A stretch of 64,000 bases of DNA from Acanthaster planci. Taxonomy: Eukaryota. Positions 38,804-51,560 of this stretch are shown here, in pieces. The stretch covers positions 2,301,838 to 2,365,837 of the forward strand of contig NW_019091362.1 of NCBI RefSeq assembly GCF_001949145.1, read 5' to 3'. The notes under the pieces were generated by a model. It did not search any database. It was not told where the DNA came from and saw only the letters and a list, made by a program, of their open reading frames with translations. Numbering within the stretch: position 1 is the stretch's first letter; every line of letters begins with the position of its first letter. A program made the position numbers and the translations under genes.

Positions 38804-41365
38804 TAGCCCAGGTGGATTCCCTGACCGTCCTACGTTACAGAGGGAGTAAAGGGTATAAAGGGTGCAAAATCGGGCGAAAAATTTTGTAACTAAAATTTGC
38901 AACATTTCTACCTTTTCTAAGAAGCCAATTTCACATCTGTAACTCCTATGCGTCCTTATCTCCACGGCTGGTGGGTTAAGAAATTTGCTACATCACCACC
39001 AAAGACAACATTGGGAAAATAAGGTCGGACCTAACGTTAATTCTTGCCATTGTTATGGACTGTTTTCAGCCGTTCTCCAGTGCAGTTTGTACAGTGTGTG
39101 TGCACAACTATTCGGCGTACGAGATTCCGAGCCTACTTCGTGGTTTTAAAACTTCTGACACAGTCTAGCTATCTGTCCACTGCTCTAAAATCCAACTCGT
39201 CACTGCCAATTACCAATTCAGTCTGCTTTTTGTATGTTTAGTTTACGAATAAAAAAAAGGAAAGGCCGATCAACAGCACAATTTGTACGTGATCGCTACT
39301 TACTGCACGTGCGCACACCAGTACTGCCTCTGCATTCTGTGTTCCCAATCAGTATAGCATCATTCTCGCCTGTTCATCACAATCATCATGCCTGCAATGT
39401 AATCCTCTTTTTATTCCTCAATTATCAAGATAAGTTACCGTACTGTTTCATTTTAGTAAAAATCGGATCTCTACAATATTGTGTATTTGTACACCTTTAA
39501 CCAATAAAACTCTACGAACAAATTAAACATGTTAAACACTTCAAAGAGAGATCATTGATGAACTTATTCCTGTACAACTACAAGAACCCTGCATATACAA
39601 AGCCTTCTACTCTAACCGAGGTTATTCTTATAAAATAGCAGCTTGTGTCGCAAATTTATGTTTATAAACCAAAATTTAAAGCAGAACAAAATATGAACAT
39701 TTTAGGGGTAACCAATAGTGGGTTAATTGGTCAGTCTGAAGCCCCCAATGCTATAAAAACAGAACTGCATTTTTTATATTGGCTCGGTGGCAGGCGGGTT
39801 AAAGCCGGGTACCAGTCACGTCCTCAGTGTAGCAGGCGAGCAACAGACCTTCACTGGAAATCGCGCACGCATAGTGTGTGCCCGCAGCTCGGATTCCTTT
39901 ACTGTACGTGCTTGCACTTTACAACTAGACTCAAGAACGGATGCATTACATCTACAAAAGTAACGTTGCCTCTCACTTATCTTCCTCGACTTTGCAGACC
40001 ATGGTTCGTTCTGAAATTCCTAAACCCCCCCAGACAGATAGATAAGGCCACAAAGAACTTGTAAACGTGAAAAATTAGTTTCTTCAACAAGGTAAACCAA
40101 GAACAAATTAAAACCAAATTTGTGGTCGTTTTGTACACAACTTTTATACCCTGGACGTCAGTCATAATGAAATGAAGACAACATCCAACCTTGGCTACAA
40201 TCCCCCATACTTAGTCATGTTTCACATGATGTACCATGACGGACAAAGGTACATGTACACCAAGAACTGTGGGGTCTGATGTCCGCCCCTGGGCAGACCC
40301 CACAGTTCCAGGGGTAGGGCGAAGGCATTTCAGGAAGTGCAGTCGTAGGTCTACCCCGTCCAGTTGTCTGGCCATGCAGGCACGTGCATTTTTTAACTGT
40401 TTGTTTCTATTGTCAATGTCATGTGTTAATTGAAAGCTGACCGTCAAAAGTCACACAACTGAAAATCCTACTTTGTGACTGTTCTTATGTGAGTTTAGAC
40501 AGGTCTCTGTCTACTCTCTTGTACCAGTCTGATGCATTGGAAACAGGAACCAGACAGATTGTGGACTTTATTTCCCTTCAAAAAAATTCCTCCCGGGGTA
40601 TGAATCTACCAAAAAGGAAAGTAAAAACTTACATAGAAAGTATACATGCAATCTGATAGGGAAAATAAACAAACTAAAGGAGAGGAAACAAAGGAAACAG
40701 ATTCTGTCGGGTGTGTGGCTTGATCCCAGTACATGTGCTTTACACTGCAGCATGCATACCAACTTTGCTATTGCCTTGGTAACAAGTCATAATGTGTAAG
40801 TCCAAATCAAGTCATAAGTCTTTTTTTTTCTTGTAAGTCCAAGCCAAGTCTCAAGTCAAAAACCGATACATGTAGTTACAAGTCCAGTCACAAGTCACCA
40901 AAATACTGACTCGAGTCAACTGGAGTCCAGGTCAAGTAACTCGAGTCTGCAACTGTGGCGTTGGCTGATCTTTTCAATGTTCTTGCCAATTGGCCCGTTG
41001 CAACTAATCGGAGATCAGCTTTCCGTTGAAATCTTTCATTAACCAATCAGAGACACTCTACCAAGCAAGTTTGGCAACATCGGCATGTTAATTTTCAGTA
41101 TGTGTGTGCAAGCAACGTCTGTATCAATGTTGTTGTTTGTACCCTATGATTTTCAAACTCCTGCCCTCTTTCTGCAAGTTTACCCTGCAGTTCGGTGAAA
41201 TAATGTAATTGTCATTGACTCAGGTGAGTCCGAAAGCTTAAATGTAATTCTTACACCTACATAGGAAAAGGGTCCCAAAATTCACAATCTCAAAACTTTG
41301 CGAGCAGAATACCAAGAGCCTTTTGAATCCTATGAATTCTTTACCTTTTTTCTTGTGACTTGCAG

Positions 41366-41414
41366 GAGTGAAGGACAGATGTAGAGGCTTTGGATACGTC
41401 ACTTTTGCATTGAG
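41366..41414 (+). CDS. RBM28: RBM28 exon 2 (RRM1 RNP1)
   Basis: tgcag|GA GTG gives GVKDRCRGFGYVTFALR with RNP1 RGFGYVTF. Donor AG|GTGGGT, 49 nt. Confidence 0.93.
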
Positions 41415-41841
41415 GTGGGTACTGGTGTCATTTAAGAACTCATGAAGAAGTACTTTTAAGTTCTAGGTACTTTTGAACAAACCTTGTCCCACGGAGGATG
41501 GCAAGCAGCAGTGATGTTGTGCCCTAATGCTCAGCCTTGACCTTAAAAAGCTGTCATAAGACTGCCTTAACCCTAACCTTTCCTAACCACACAGAATTAA
41601 ACAGTAGTAAATATTTAATTCTGTGGGGATAGGTCTGGTAGGCCCATAACAGCTGGCTTTTGCATTGGGTTTGGCATACCTCAGAAAAACAAACTAACAA
41701 ACTAATGGAGACAACTTACAAAAATGACATGGAAGTCTTCAAAATACAAGTTGTATTCCATAATCCACGACAAATCATTTTACGAACCTCAGTACGTCAT
41801 AAGTATGGTCAATTTTTATTTTTTTTGTTTTTGTCGGGCAG

Positions 41842-42205
41842 AGAGGATGCAGAAAAGGCTATCAAAGCCAGACTCATGCTTGACAATAGAAGGCTTTTCT
41901 TGTCCTACTCGAGAAGGAAAGAACCCCGGAACAAGGGAAGAACAAAGAGAGATCAGACCGAGGAAGAAAAAGCAGATGAAGTAAAAACATCGGATGATGT
42001 TGGCAAGACGTCAGTGGAGGCAGGGAAAAGAGCACCCAGGGGACGCAAGGTCAAACCTGACACCACGGCAAAGACCGTTGACCCCATCAAGAGGAGACGG
42101 GATGCAGACAAGGATTGGACAAAGCGGGAGAAGAAGCAGAAAACTGGACAGGGAGACACGGCGAGCAAAGAGGGGCGGTTGATCATCAGAAATCTTGCTT
42201 TCAGT
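41842..42205 (+). CDS. RBM28: RBM28 exon 3 (end of RRM1, basic linker, RRM2 RNP2)
   Basis: ggcag|A GAG GAT GCA gives EDAEKAIK...GRLIIRNLAFS. Donor AGT|GTAAGT. Confidence 0.93.
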
Positions 42206-43616
42206 GTAAGTAAACCTTTTGTCACTTTTGACGGATGGGCTTAGAAGTCTTTCCCTCCACTTTGGTATCGGAGTAATTTGGTTGAATGTGAACATACATG
42301 TATGTAAAAACCAAAACCAGAGAGACAGAAAAAACCAATCCTTTAAATACAGCCATTGCAAAGATTTCAGTCTACTTTCCGATAGGATAGTCTCTCTTCA
42401 GTCATTGCGTATTTTCCAGCCCCAGACACAATTTCAGCATTACTTGGGACAGACATCTTTGCTACTTTAGGAACAGACGGTAGTGGCAAGTTAATTAATT
42501 TTTTTAAGTTGAGTCTTCAGTATTTTCTTTTTTTTGTGAAATTTAATTTTTCAAGTTATTTGTCAACACATGAGGGCACTGTTGCAATGGAGGGAATGTA
42601 CCTGACTTGCCTAAAGCAAACCTCATGAACGTGATTGGGTTATGCAGTTTAGTGTCATTAAGGTATGGGTGAGTTAAGGTACCGTTTGCGTCTTTCTAAT
42701 ACATATAGGCTTGAAGTCAAGTCACCGCTGAGCGGTGTCTTCGCACACATGCTCCAACACTTTCCGTCCAAAATAGTTCACTTTCAGATTTCGGAAACCT
42801 TGTTCAGTCTCTTTTAATGCCCTGATCGTATCATCCAATCACTTGGCATTCGCACTGTGTTGCGTTTGTCCAGCATAGAGGTTTCTACGTGTACTTCCAT
42901 GGTTCTAGACTCAAAATAAAGTCTATCCAAAAAGTTAGGTCATAGGGGACAAAAAAATATCAGCCCATGGCATTGTAACTTTCATTGAGGTCATGACCTA
43001 TTGGGTAATATTGAATGCATGGGCATTTTCCAAGATGATCAACGCACTTAATGCAGCCATCTCAATACACAAAACCTCTGATAGGATATTAGCAAGTTGC
43101 CAAAATGTTATGTTTTACACTGTGTGCAGCGAATGGAGCATAGCACATTGATCATTTATATTGTGAAGTCAGTCGTCTCTCCATTTTCATTTCTTATCAC
43201 AATATTTTGGAACTCTGACAAGGTTTTTCTGTTTTATGTTAATGATCTCACATTCATACTGCAACAGTGCATTTTCATGTGACAATGGTAAATGTCCGAG
43301 CGAATGCTCGTAATGGCAGAACAAAATAGGCTCTGCTGCGACATTTTGTCTGACCACAGTTTCTAATTTCTCACACTTCACCTATGCTACAAAGAAACAG
43401 AAAGACCAAAGGCTTAAGCTGTTTTATATGTCAAGATGAACTGATGAATATTGAAATGTACCTTGCATAATGTACATTAAGCCTGTAAATGTATCAAAAT
43501 TTTCCTAAATTACCCACTGAAAACAGCAATGTTGCGGGATTAAATACTGTTTTTGAAAATTGGGGGGTAAAATGATTAATTCAAAAAATTTTTTATTACC
43601 CACACTGCATACGTAG

Positions 43617-43791
43617 TGCTCAGAAGAAAGATTAGGCAAAGCCTTTGCTCGGTTTGGTGACATCACTGAGGTACACATACCCAGCGATCCAACAGATCTC
43701 AGCAAAGTTCGAGGCTACGGCTTCGTGCAATTCAGTGCCGTGGCCTCTGCCTCCAAAGCAGTTGAAGAGATGAACACCAAGAAGATCATGG
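43617..43791 (+). CDS. RBM28: RBM28 exon 4 (RRM2)
   Basis: cgtag|TGC TCA gives CSEERLGKAFARFGDITEVHIP...RGYGFVQFSAVASASKAVEEMNTKKIM. Donor G|GTGAGT. Confidence 0.94.
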
Positions 43792-43843
43792 GTGAGTGAC
43801 GTGGAAAAGCTGTCAGCACATCATGGCACCCCGTGTAAATGTT

Positions 43844-44070
43844 CAGTATTGTATTCGAGTCCATCACAAGTCCTTTCACAATTCCAGTCACAAGTTCCCT
43901 CACAAGGCCAGTCACAAGTTCCTTCACAACGCCAGTCATAAGTAACAGGGTGAAAAAAACCAAAAGAATACTTTTGTCACAATTCATTTGAATAGTTTGT
44001 GAATTGGCTCACGACTGAAGGACTTGTTATGGACTTGCAGGGACTTGTGATGGACTCAGATACAACACTG
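43844..44070. mobile_element. hAT-like non-autonomous element with 12-bp (ccagtcacaagt) subterminal repeats; related copies at ~58514-58751 and ~44190-44320
   Basis: TIRs cagtattgtattcgagtcc / ggactcagatacaacactg. Flanks taaatgtt / cacatgtt are a 6/8 match, consistent with an old 8-bp TSD. Confidence 0.62.
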
Positions 44071-45308
44071 CACATGTTTAAATGAGAAGAGAAACTCTAG
44101 AAATCTTGAATCCTTTTATTCATTGGGCGGATCAATATTTGAGTTCCGTCAAGTTCCACTGTGGGTCCATAATTAGCCATCCAGTCTGAAGCCAAGTCAC
44201 AATCACTTCATATAGGCTGTGACTGAAGCATTCCTTTGTCAGTGTTTGCCCTGCTACTTGTGACTGGTCTTGTCAAAGGACTTGTGGCTGGACTTCTGAT
44301 GGACTTGATTACATCACTGCTGTGGAAGGAGTCATCTACGATGGGGAAGATTCATAATACAGTGTACCACCAAGAGGTTGGAACGGAGAAGCCATTTTTC
44401 AAGTTTATGATCAAAGCATGGCCATCTTGCTTCAATTTGCATTTGAGCGTATGTCAGTAGACAAGTTTAGAGAAATTTTTCATGGATTGGGACATTCCGT
44501 GCTGTAAAAAGAAGAAAAAATGGATTACAAACTGCAACTCAAAATAAACAAACATCAGGTATATGTATAATTCAGGCTCTTGGCACACAGATAGGAAAGA
44601 GAATTTGTCAACCATTTCACACAATTCACTACAAAACTGGCCTTTCCGTGGCATCCTCTTGGTGGCGCACTGCCTTGTGAATGACTCACGTCTGATCTTC
44701 GTGCAGCTACAGCACTAGTACATGACAATGGTATTTTAAGCCAGCCTGGTCGTGTTCATTGGTCAGACTTTTCCATCAATTGCCAGATTCAAGATTTCTG
44801 GGGTGAAGGTGATGCCTCCAAACTCAGATAACTTGGATTGTTTCCACTCGAGACACTTCCTGCTGTAATTGTATCACCAACCTTTCTTACTTGGGGCAGT
44901 TTAAGAAGACAAAGTGTTCCCAATTGGGAATATTAGCATACAGGTTCATGCATTATCAGTCGGAAGCAGTCCAGTCTGGCATGAACCACTGCATGTTCCG
45001 ATACAGAAAGCATGTTTTAAATGAAGCATTCCAAGTTTGTAGTCATTCCCTGAAGGAATTCGGACTGTTAGCACTAAATAATCATTGGTACTTGGTGTTT
45101 TATAAATTTCTCATTGAAATCGTACATTTCTTAACGATCGGATTTGGATTTCCTGATGTCATGATTTCCAAATCCTTATCCTCAGAAACAAAAATGACAC
45201 CCCCCTACAACTGTTTTCAGTAGGGCCTCGGAAAGCACACCATACTGGTAAGACTTACAAGCAGCATTCAGACTTTGACTTTGGGGGTTATTTGTCCTTA
45301 CTTTGCAG

Positions 45309-45404
45309 GGAGACCAATTGCAGTGGATTGGGCATTGTCCAGGGAGAAATACTTGGCAGCAACAAAGACGAATCTCGCTGGCAAACGGAAGCCACAAGAG
45401 ACAG
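45309..45404 (+). CDS. RBM28: RBM28 exon 5
   Basis: tgcag|GG AGA gives GRPIAVDWALSREKY, the conserved RBM28 GRxVAVDWA motif. Donor G|GTGAGC. Confidence 0.94.
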
Positions 45405-46078
45405 GTGAGCCTTATGCTCGAAGTGCAACAAAATCCCACAATAACCCCACTGTTAACACGAACTGGGTTTGACAGAAGTACGATAGCTGTATCAAGTTTA
45501 ACAACGGAAGCCAAATGAATTTTTATCTTTTGTTAGCTTCTTTAATTTCTGCTTAAGTCATTTTGTGGCTTTTATTTTACTTTGTTGAAAACAAATTAAG
45601 CAATTACCAAAAGAAAGTGCCAATAGTCCATACAAATATAAGGAAAAGTACATTGTAGTTGCCTTCTGCAGTACCGCAGGATGCAATAATGCCATGGATA
45701 GCTACTGGTTGCTGTCATCACACACGTTGAAACAAGTCCACCTGACAAGTTTCATCCACATTCTGGCCGATTCCAATTACTTCAGAGTACAAAAGGACCA
45801 TTAACCCTAATCAGGGGTGATATCCTGCGTCAGATCATCAAAACCTCATCTCTTATCCCCTAACAGACCCACTATAATTATGCTCTGTTCACAAGCTCAA
45901 GAAACATGAGCCAGAAAAGGAGGAATGGTGACAAATGGCCTAGGGTAAAAAAAATAAATACAGAACTTATGTATAAAACCTAAGTAAACATTGCAGAACA
46001 TTCAGAGGCCCTGAGATTGGATGTTCTTTAGGAATGGTCCAGTCACAATGTCTCTACCAAAATTCAGTGCAACCTTAA

Positions 46079-46129
46079 CCCTAACACTCCTTAATCCTTC
46101 GCCTGTTGGAGGACTGAGGAGTGTTAGGG
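46079..46129. mobile_element. 51-bp minimal piggyBac-like hairpin element
   Basis: TTAA-CCCTAACACTCCT ... AGGAGTGTTAGGG-TTAA. Perfect 13-bp TIR extending to 20 bp with 2 mismatches. Confidence 0.65.
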
Positions 46130-46523
46130 TTAATGTTTCTGCCCGATGACCTCAGAAAAGCAATAATGGATACTTGACATTGACCACTGTCCCTAGCAAT
46201 GTGAAGAAAAAGATAACGTCCAACATTAGTAGACCTAGCACACGCATGACCACATAAACTCTGCTGGCCAAGTTAGACTGTTTCAGTAGTGTAACTAAGT
46301 GCATAATGGTAGATTCACGTATTGAAAAGCCTGCCAAACAGGTACATGTATGGAACACCACTTGTACAAACACACATAGATGAAAAACAAAGAAATGTAT
46401 GAAGCACAAGATGTGCTATAAAAAACCAAAGTCACTTTTTGTCAGGAATGATCCATTTTAACCAAACGTGGGCGCGCCCAGTTCTACCTCTAAGTCCTTG
46501 CTGTAAATAACTTCTTTTGACAG

Positions 46524-46851
46524 TTGAGGTAGAAGACGGTGATGATGAAGATGATGATGGCAGTGATGAATCAGGCATGGAATCCTCCTCGGAGCTTGAG
46601 GAGACGAGAGAAGGAGGTGGCACAGATGAAGATGCAGACTCGGATAGTAACCATGACGATGATGATGACACTGATGGTGATGACAGCGATGGAGAAATGG
46701 AAGAGGACAGTGACAGTGAAGACGAGGGTGTCACTTCCAATGAGGATGGCAAGCGGAAAAGACCTCACCAAAATATAGAGCAAGAGTCGGAAGCAACGAA
46801 ACGGAAGAAAATTTCAGATGATGTAGGCGAAGGAAGGACGGTCTTTATAAG
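46524..46851 (+). CDS. RBM28: RBM28 exon 6 (acidic D/E linker, start of RRM3)
   Basis: gacag|TT GAG; D/E-rich tract then DVGEGRTVFIR. Donor AG|GTAAAT. An acidic linker between RRM2 and RRM3 is typical of RBM28. Confidence 0.92.
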
Positions 46852-47617
46852 GTAAATACATTTTCATGGGCAAAGGACTATAGGTGGCAGACCTTTAGTT
46901 TATCTAAACCTGTGATTTTTTGTGATCATTGATGGGTTGGTCTTCACTGCGTTAAAAGGACAATTTCATTTGTTAGTAAGGTCGGGGCTGGCATAACATC
47001 TTTGGTCCCCACAACAAGTACTTGAACACACGTGTAATCCCCACAACTACAGAACATGTATAACTGGCAGGGCGCGCGTATTTCCATGCCATCCTGTCAA
47101 TGTTCCTTTTGGTTGAGTTCACAACTTGAACATGTGTTGTTTTAGGAGACACTTTTCTAAACATGAAGAAAAATTCAAGTCAGAAAAATCACAACTGTGG
47201 GTGCAAGTTTACAAGATAGTCCACACTGTCGCCATGTCAGTTCCACAGGCACACTGCATATACTTTGGTAGGCCAGGCTTTTGGTGCTGTCTGAGCATTG
47301 CCAGGCCTCTGCAGACCAAAAAAGGGAAGGGAAGTGTTTTGTTCCTGTGAAAGAATAAACGTCTCAAGAAATAGTCTGAACACTCCTTGAGTGCCTGACC
47401 TTGATAGATATTGGGTCAGAAGATTTGCCAGTTTTCAATTCTTATGACCTGTGCTATAGTGTCGACTTACATGCACTTTACCTGCAAATATTTATATATA
47501 TGCAAATGCTGGGTGCTGGGAGTTAAATCTCTCTTGAGTCTAGGTGTTGTTGTCATTTCAAGTTTGATCGTGGTATTCAAAATTGTCATCTAGGCTGTTT
47601 TTCCTTCACATTTCAAG

Positions 47618-47727
47618 GAATATTTTGTTCGAGACCACGGAGGAAGAGATACATGAGCTGTTTTCAGAGTTTGGCCAGGTCATGTACAGCAAGCTTGTGG
47701 TAGATCCAACAACAGAACACTCTAAAG
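47618..47727 (+). CDS. RBM28: RBM28 exon 7 (RRM3)
   Basis: ttcaag|G AAT ATT gives NILFETTEEEIHELFSEFGQVMYSKLVVDPTTEHSK. Donor G|GTACAA. Confidence 0.93.
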
Positions 47728-48350
47728 GTACAAACCAAATGTGCTGAACTGTCAGCCATTTTTGTCAGGTACCCTGAGTAAGGTAATCATGGTATTGTTA
47801 TTGTCTTTTGCTGCCACCAGACTATTTGTTGACTTGACCTTCTCACATGACCGGCTTGGATTGCCGACCAATAAGTTGCCATATACAACAATGATTACAC
47901 CTGTAAATTTCTGTCTTCAAAGAATCAGAAAAAAATGCAAGTTTCTCCGGCATTTGTGATTCATATCAAATCAAAGCGTATTTCCTCTAATTGCATTTTC
48001 CAGTCAGTTTTGGGGTGGATGTCCAGTGGCTTTTGAAGAAATTTCCACCAAAAGTTGATTCCCCTGAAATGACCTTCAATCCCCCACCATCATGAAAATT
48101 GATGCCTGTACTCCTTGGCAAAATAGAGCCAGCTAGAGGGCTTTATTCTGGTAAAATTGCACGCAAATGCCGGAAGTCCTGTTCACATTTTCTAGCCTTC
48201 TTTATTACAAACCTTCTATTCACAGGCCACCAAATATTCTGATAGAGAATATTCTATGGCCCTATTTACTGGCTTTCAGCCTTGCCTGAGCTGTTATAAT
48301 ATCATGATGTTCGTCTACAAAGTAGTTGTTTAAACTTACTTTTTTTGTAG

Positions 48351-48424
48351 GTACAGCATTTGTACAGTTTGCCACTAAGGAAAGTGTCGACAGATGCTTA
48401 GAGAAAGCCAGCAATGTAAACCAG
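48351..48424 (+). CDS. RBM28: RBM28 exon 8 (RRM3 RNP1)
   Basis: ttgtag|GT ACA gives GTAFVQFATKESVDRCLEKASNVNQ. Donor CAG|GTACGT. Confidence 0.93.
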
Positions 48425-48825
48425 GTACGTGTCTGTTCAAACTACATGGATATCGTCCGTACCAGGCAAAAATCAGACAGTGGTTGACTGCCTGTCGCTG
48501 ATCAAAGTTGGCCCATGGTGAGGCATGTGTTGTCTCCGCCTCTTCCTTTGTCATTGATGAGGGTTAAACTTTTCACGAAACCCATGGTCAATACATCTAC
48601 TGACTGAGCCCGGAAGCTGATCCTTGTAGCCCCAAGCACAGTGTTTGGAGGAAAAGGTTCAATCTTGTTTACGCTGTGTCAAATCCTGAATTGTTTTTAG
48701 AAAACGGATGCATAATACATGTACTCTCCATAAGGATACGGTGAAGGATAATGTTCCTTTTTCGTCAACGATGTAACCTGTAATGGCCACTACACCATGC
48801 CTACAATTCTCCAGTGTCCTGTTGA

Positions 48826-49528
48826 NNNNNNNNNNNNNNNNNNNNNNNNNNNNNNNNNNNNNNNNNNNNNNNNNNNNNNNNNNNNNNNNNNNNNNNNNNN
48901 NNNNNNNNNNNNNNNNNNNNNNNNNNNNNNNNNNNNNNNNNNNNNNNNNNNNNNNNNNNNNNNNNNNNNNNNNNNNNNNNNNNNNNNNNNNNNNNNNNNN
49001 NNNNNNNNNNNNNNNNNNNNNNNNNNNNNNNNNNNNNNNNNNNNNNNNNNNNNNNNNNNNNNNNNNNNNNNNNNNNNNNNNNNNNNNNNNNNNNNNNNNN
49101 NNNNNNNNNNNNNNNNNNNNNNNNNNNNNNNNNNNNNNNNNNNNNNNNNNNNNNNNNNNNNNNNNNNNNNNNNNNNNNNNNNNNNNNNNNNNNNNNNNNN
49201 NNNNNNNNNNNNNNNNNNNNNNNNNNNNNNNNNNNNNNNNNNNNNNNNNNNNNNNNNNNNNNNNNNNNNNNNNNNNNNNNNNNNNNNNNNNNNNNNNNNN
49301 NNNNNNNNNNNNNNNNNNNNNNNNNNNNNNNNNNNNNNNNNNNNNNNNNNNNNNNNNNNNNNNNNNNNNNNNNNNNNNNNNNNNNNNNNNNNNNNNNNNN
49401 NNNNNNNNNNNNNNNNNNNNNNNNNNNNNNNNNNNNNNNNNNNNNNNNNNNNNNNNNNNNNNNNNNNNNNNNNNNNNNNNNNNNNNNNNNNNNNNNNNNN
49501 NNNNNNNNNNNNNNNNNNNNNNNNNNNN
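48826..49528. other. Assembly gap (N-run) that must hide an RBM28 exon
   Basis: Ns; the flanking exons are phase-incompatible. Confidence 0.95.
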
Positions 49529-49537
49529 GTTAAAAAG

Positions 49538-49758
49538 TTATCCGACCTGGAACCAGTGCCGCACAGGGCATGACGGATTCTGACGTAGCCAAGAGAACCA
49601 AACTGGAGACCATTAAGCGACTGAAGCTCAAGAACATCAACATCTTTGTCTCACCGACACGGCTGTCCATCCACAACCTGCCAAAGGCAGTCGATGACAA
49701 GACGTTGAAGAAGGCTCTATTGACGGCAGCGAGCGACAAAAAAGCAAAAGTCATCGAG
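49538..49758 (+). CDS. RBM28: RBM28 exon after the gap (start of RRM4)
   Basis: aaaaag|TT ATC gives IRPGTSAAQGMTDSDVAKR...KLKNINIFVSPTRLSIHNLPKAVDDKTLK. An in-frame TAA at 49531 fixes the acceptor. Donor GAG|GTAAGC. Confidence 0.88.
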
Positions 49759-50023
49759 GTAAGCCCAGCACTCATCAATCACTGCGTGGGCATTGTCAAA
49801 CTGACAGTGCTATCAAAATGTCTGTCGGACCCCCCCCATAAAAAGGTACAGTCCAATGAAATTTGGATATTGAAAATCACGCTGTATTGCATTGGCTATG
49901 AGGTGAATCATGACACAAAAGTAACCATTTAATTTGCAGAGTCAGATTTTGGTTGTTTGGGTTTTTGCTGACAGAGTGGGTAACTTTTCCCCCCTTTTTA
50001 TTCTTTGCCTATGTTTTTGCCAG

Positions 50024-50170
50024 TCTCGTGTCATGCGTGACATGAAGAACCCAACTTCGGAGAGTCAGAGTAAGTCACTAGGGTTTGCATTTGCCGAGTT
50101 CACTCAACATGAGCATGCACTGGCAGCCCTGAGGAAGATGAACAACAGCACAGAATTTTTTGGCTCAAAG
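50024..50170 (+). CDS. RBM28: RBM28 exon (RRM4 RNP1)
   Basis: gccag|TCT CGT gives SRVMRDMK...SLGFAFAEFTQHEHALAALRKMNN. Donor AAG|GTCAGT. Confidence 0.94.
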
Positions 50171-50423
50171 GTCAGTAAAAAACCTCCTTTTTTCCCTGCT
50201 CCTTTAGTTTCTCTCTTATTTTTGGTTATTTAAAAATACATTTATTGTGTTAAGAGAATAAGGACCAGAAGAAGGACACATGATTGGCAGCTTCAGAGGT
50301 GCATTTGTGAGTTGAGTTTGAGCCAAGACAGACACTCAGTCATTGCCTCATTTGAGTGAGTCACGCACGGGAATAGTCGGAAGGGATGAATGAGTCAGTG
50401 TAGTATCAACTGCTGGTCATGAC

Positions 50424-50648
50424 CTGGGGCCAGTTTCATAGAGCTGCCTAAGCGCAGAATTTGCTTAAGCACGAAAAAACCTTGCTTAACAAAAAAAGGT
50501 TACCAGCTCAAACTCTATGTGATTGTTATGCTAACCAAAAGACAGGTACCATTCCAAAACAATATACATCACATGGAGTTTTGGCTGGTAACCTGATTTG
50601 TCAAGCAAGGTTTCTTCATGCTTAAACAAATTTGTCGCTTAAGCAGTT
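50424..50648. mobile_element. Long palindromic MITE (gcttaagc / ggttaccagc family)
   Basis: Arms aatttgcttaagcacgaaaaaaccttgctt..aggttaccagc / gctggtaacct..aagcaaggtttcttcatgcttaaacaaatt. Confidence 0.65.
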
Positions 50649-50891
50649 GCGACAATAGTATGTTTTCTAAACCTTTTTTCTCTGTCCAAAGTTCATCACT
50701 ACCATATAAGGAAGCAGACTTTTGTGCCAGCTGGCAAACTTCATTTTCATTTCCAATTACCGGTCAGCGATTTGAAATGCCGGCCAGCACCGGCCTGAGC
50801 CGGCCAGCATAGCTTTGGCACTCGGTCATGCAGTATTGCCCAACCTGCAGAGACCCTTGTCATAAGGAGCCTTGCCTTTCATCTCCTGCAG

Positions 50892-50972
50892 AGGCCTATC
50901 GTTGGATTTTCACTGGAGAATCGCCTTGCACTGGAGGCTAGACAGCGAAGGAGGGAGAAATCATTACTCAAG
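50892..50972 (+). CDS. RBM28: RBM28 exon (end of RRM4)
   Basis: ctgcag|AGG CCT gives RPIVGFSLENRLALEARQRRREKSLLK (vertebrate RPIVEFSLED). Donor AAG|GTATAT. Confidence 0.92.
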
Positions 50973-51560
50973 GTATATTATGACAATTGGACAAACTGAA
51001 GGTTACATTACAAAATACCTAAGGAATTGTCATATATCTGTCCCGAATACTGTTTTTACACTGGCTTAAAACAATCACAGGGCAACTGAAATGCATGTCA
51101 CACTCAGACATTGCATCAGCTGGCCTTGTATGATATCACGTACACACACGTACATCATCAAAACAGAGATGTGACAAAACTATTGTTGACTGCTGCAATG
51201 TGGGGGTTAATCTTTTGAGCACCCTTGGTGATGCGTAGCGCTGTGCCTCCTGTGTGTGTTGAACACACCATGTCCCACATCACATTAAGAGGCTTGTTGC
51301 TAGCAGTACATGTAAAATGAGCGGTGTCTTAGTGTTGCTGGTGTGTTTCAACTTCCATGAAACTTTTGTCCAGAGGAGTAACTTTGCTCCCCACTGTGCG
51401 CCCCTGTGTTGTCTTCAAACCCCCCCAAAAAAGAAAAGTTGGACCCTAGTGATGCAGCACCTGCAGTGTGCTACTTTTTGTGGTCACTGTAAAAGTTTTT
51501 AGTTTGTAAACTGTGTCAAGGAATCTGAAAAGCATTTGGTAACTCTACACCACTGCACAG

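Noticed and set aside
39778..39830. ggctcggtggcaggcgggttaaagcc as a tRNA or SINE head
   Set aside because: Weak A box, no B box and no cloverleaf.
48550..48610. TGATGA...CTGA pair in an RBM28 intron (C/D snoRNA candidate)
   Set aside because: Short, with no convincing terminal stem and no recognisable rRNA antisense element.
48600..48750. Frame RKRFNLVYAVSNPEL as the missing RBM28 exon
   Set aside because: It lacks the NLYLA motif and suitable splice sites; the gap is the more likely location.
23920..49583. Long ORFs in the track that contain X runs
   Set aside because: Artefacts of reading through N-gaps.
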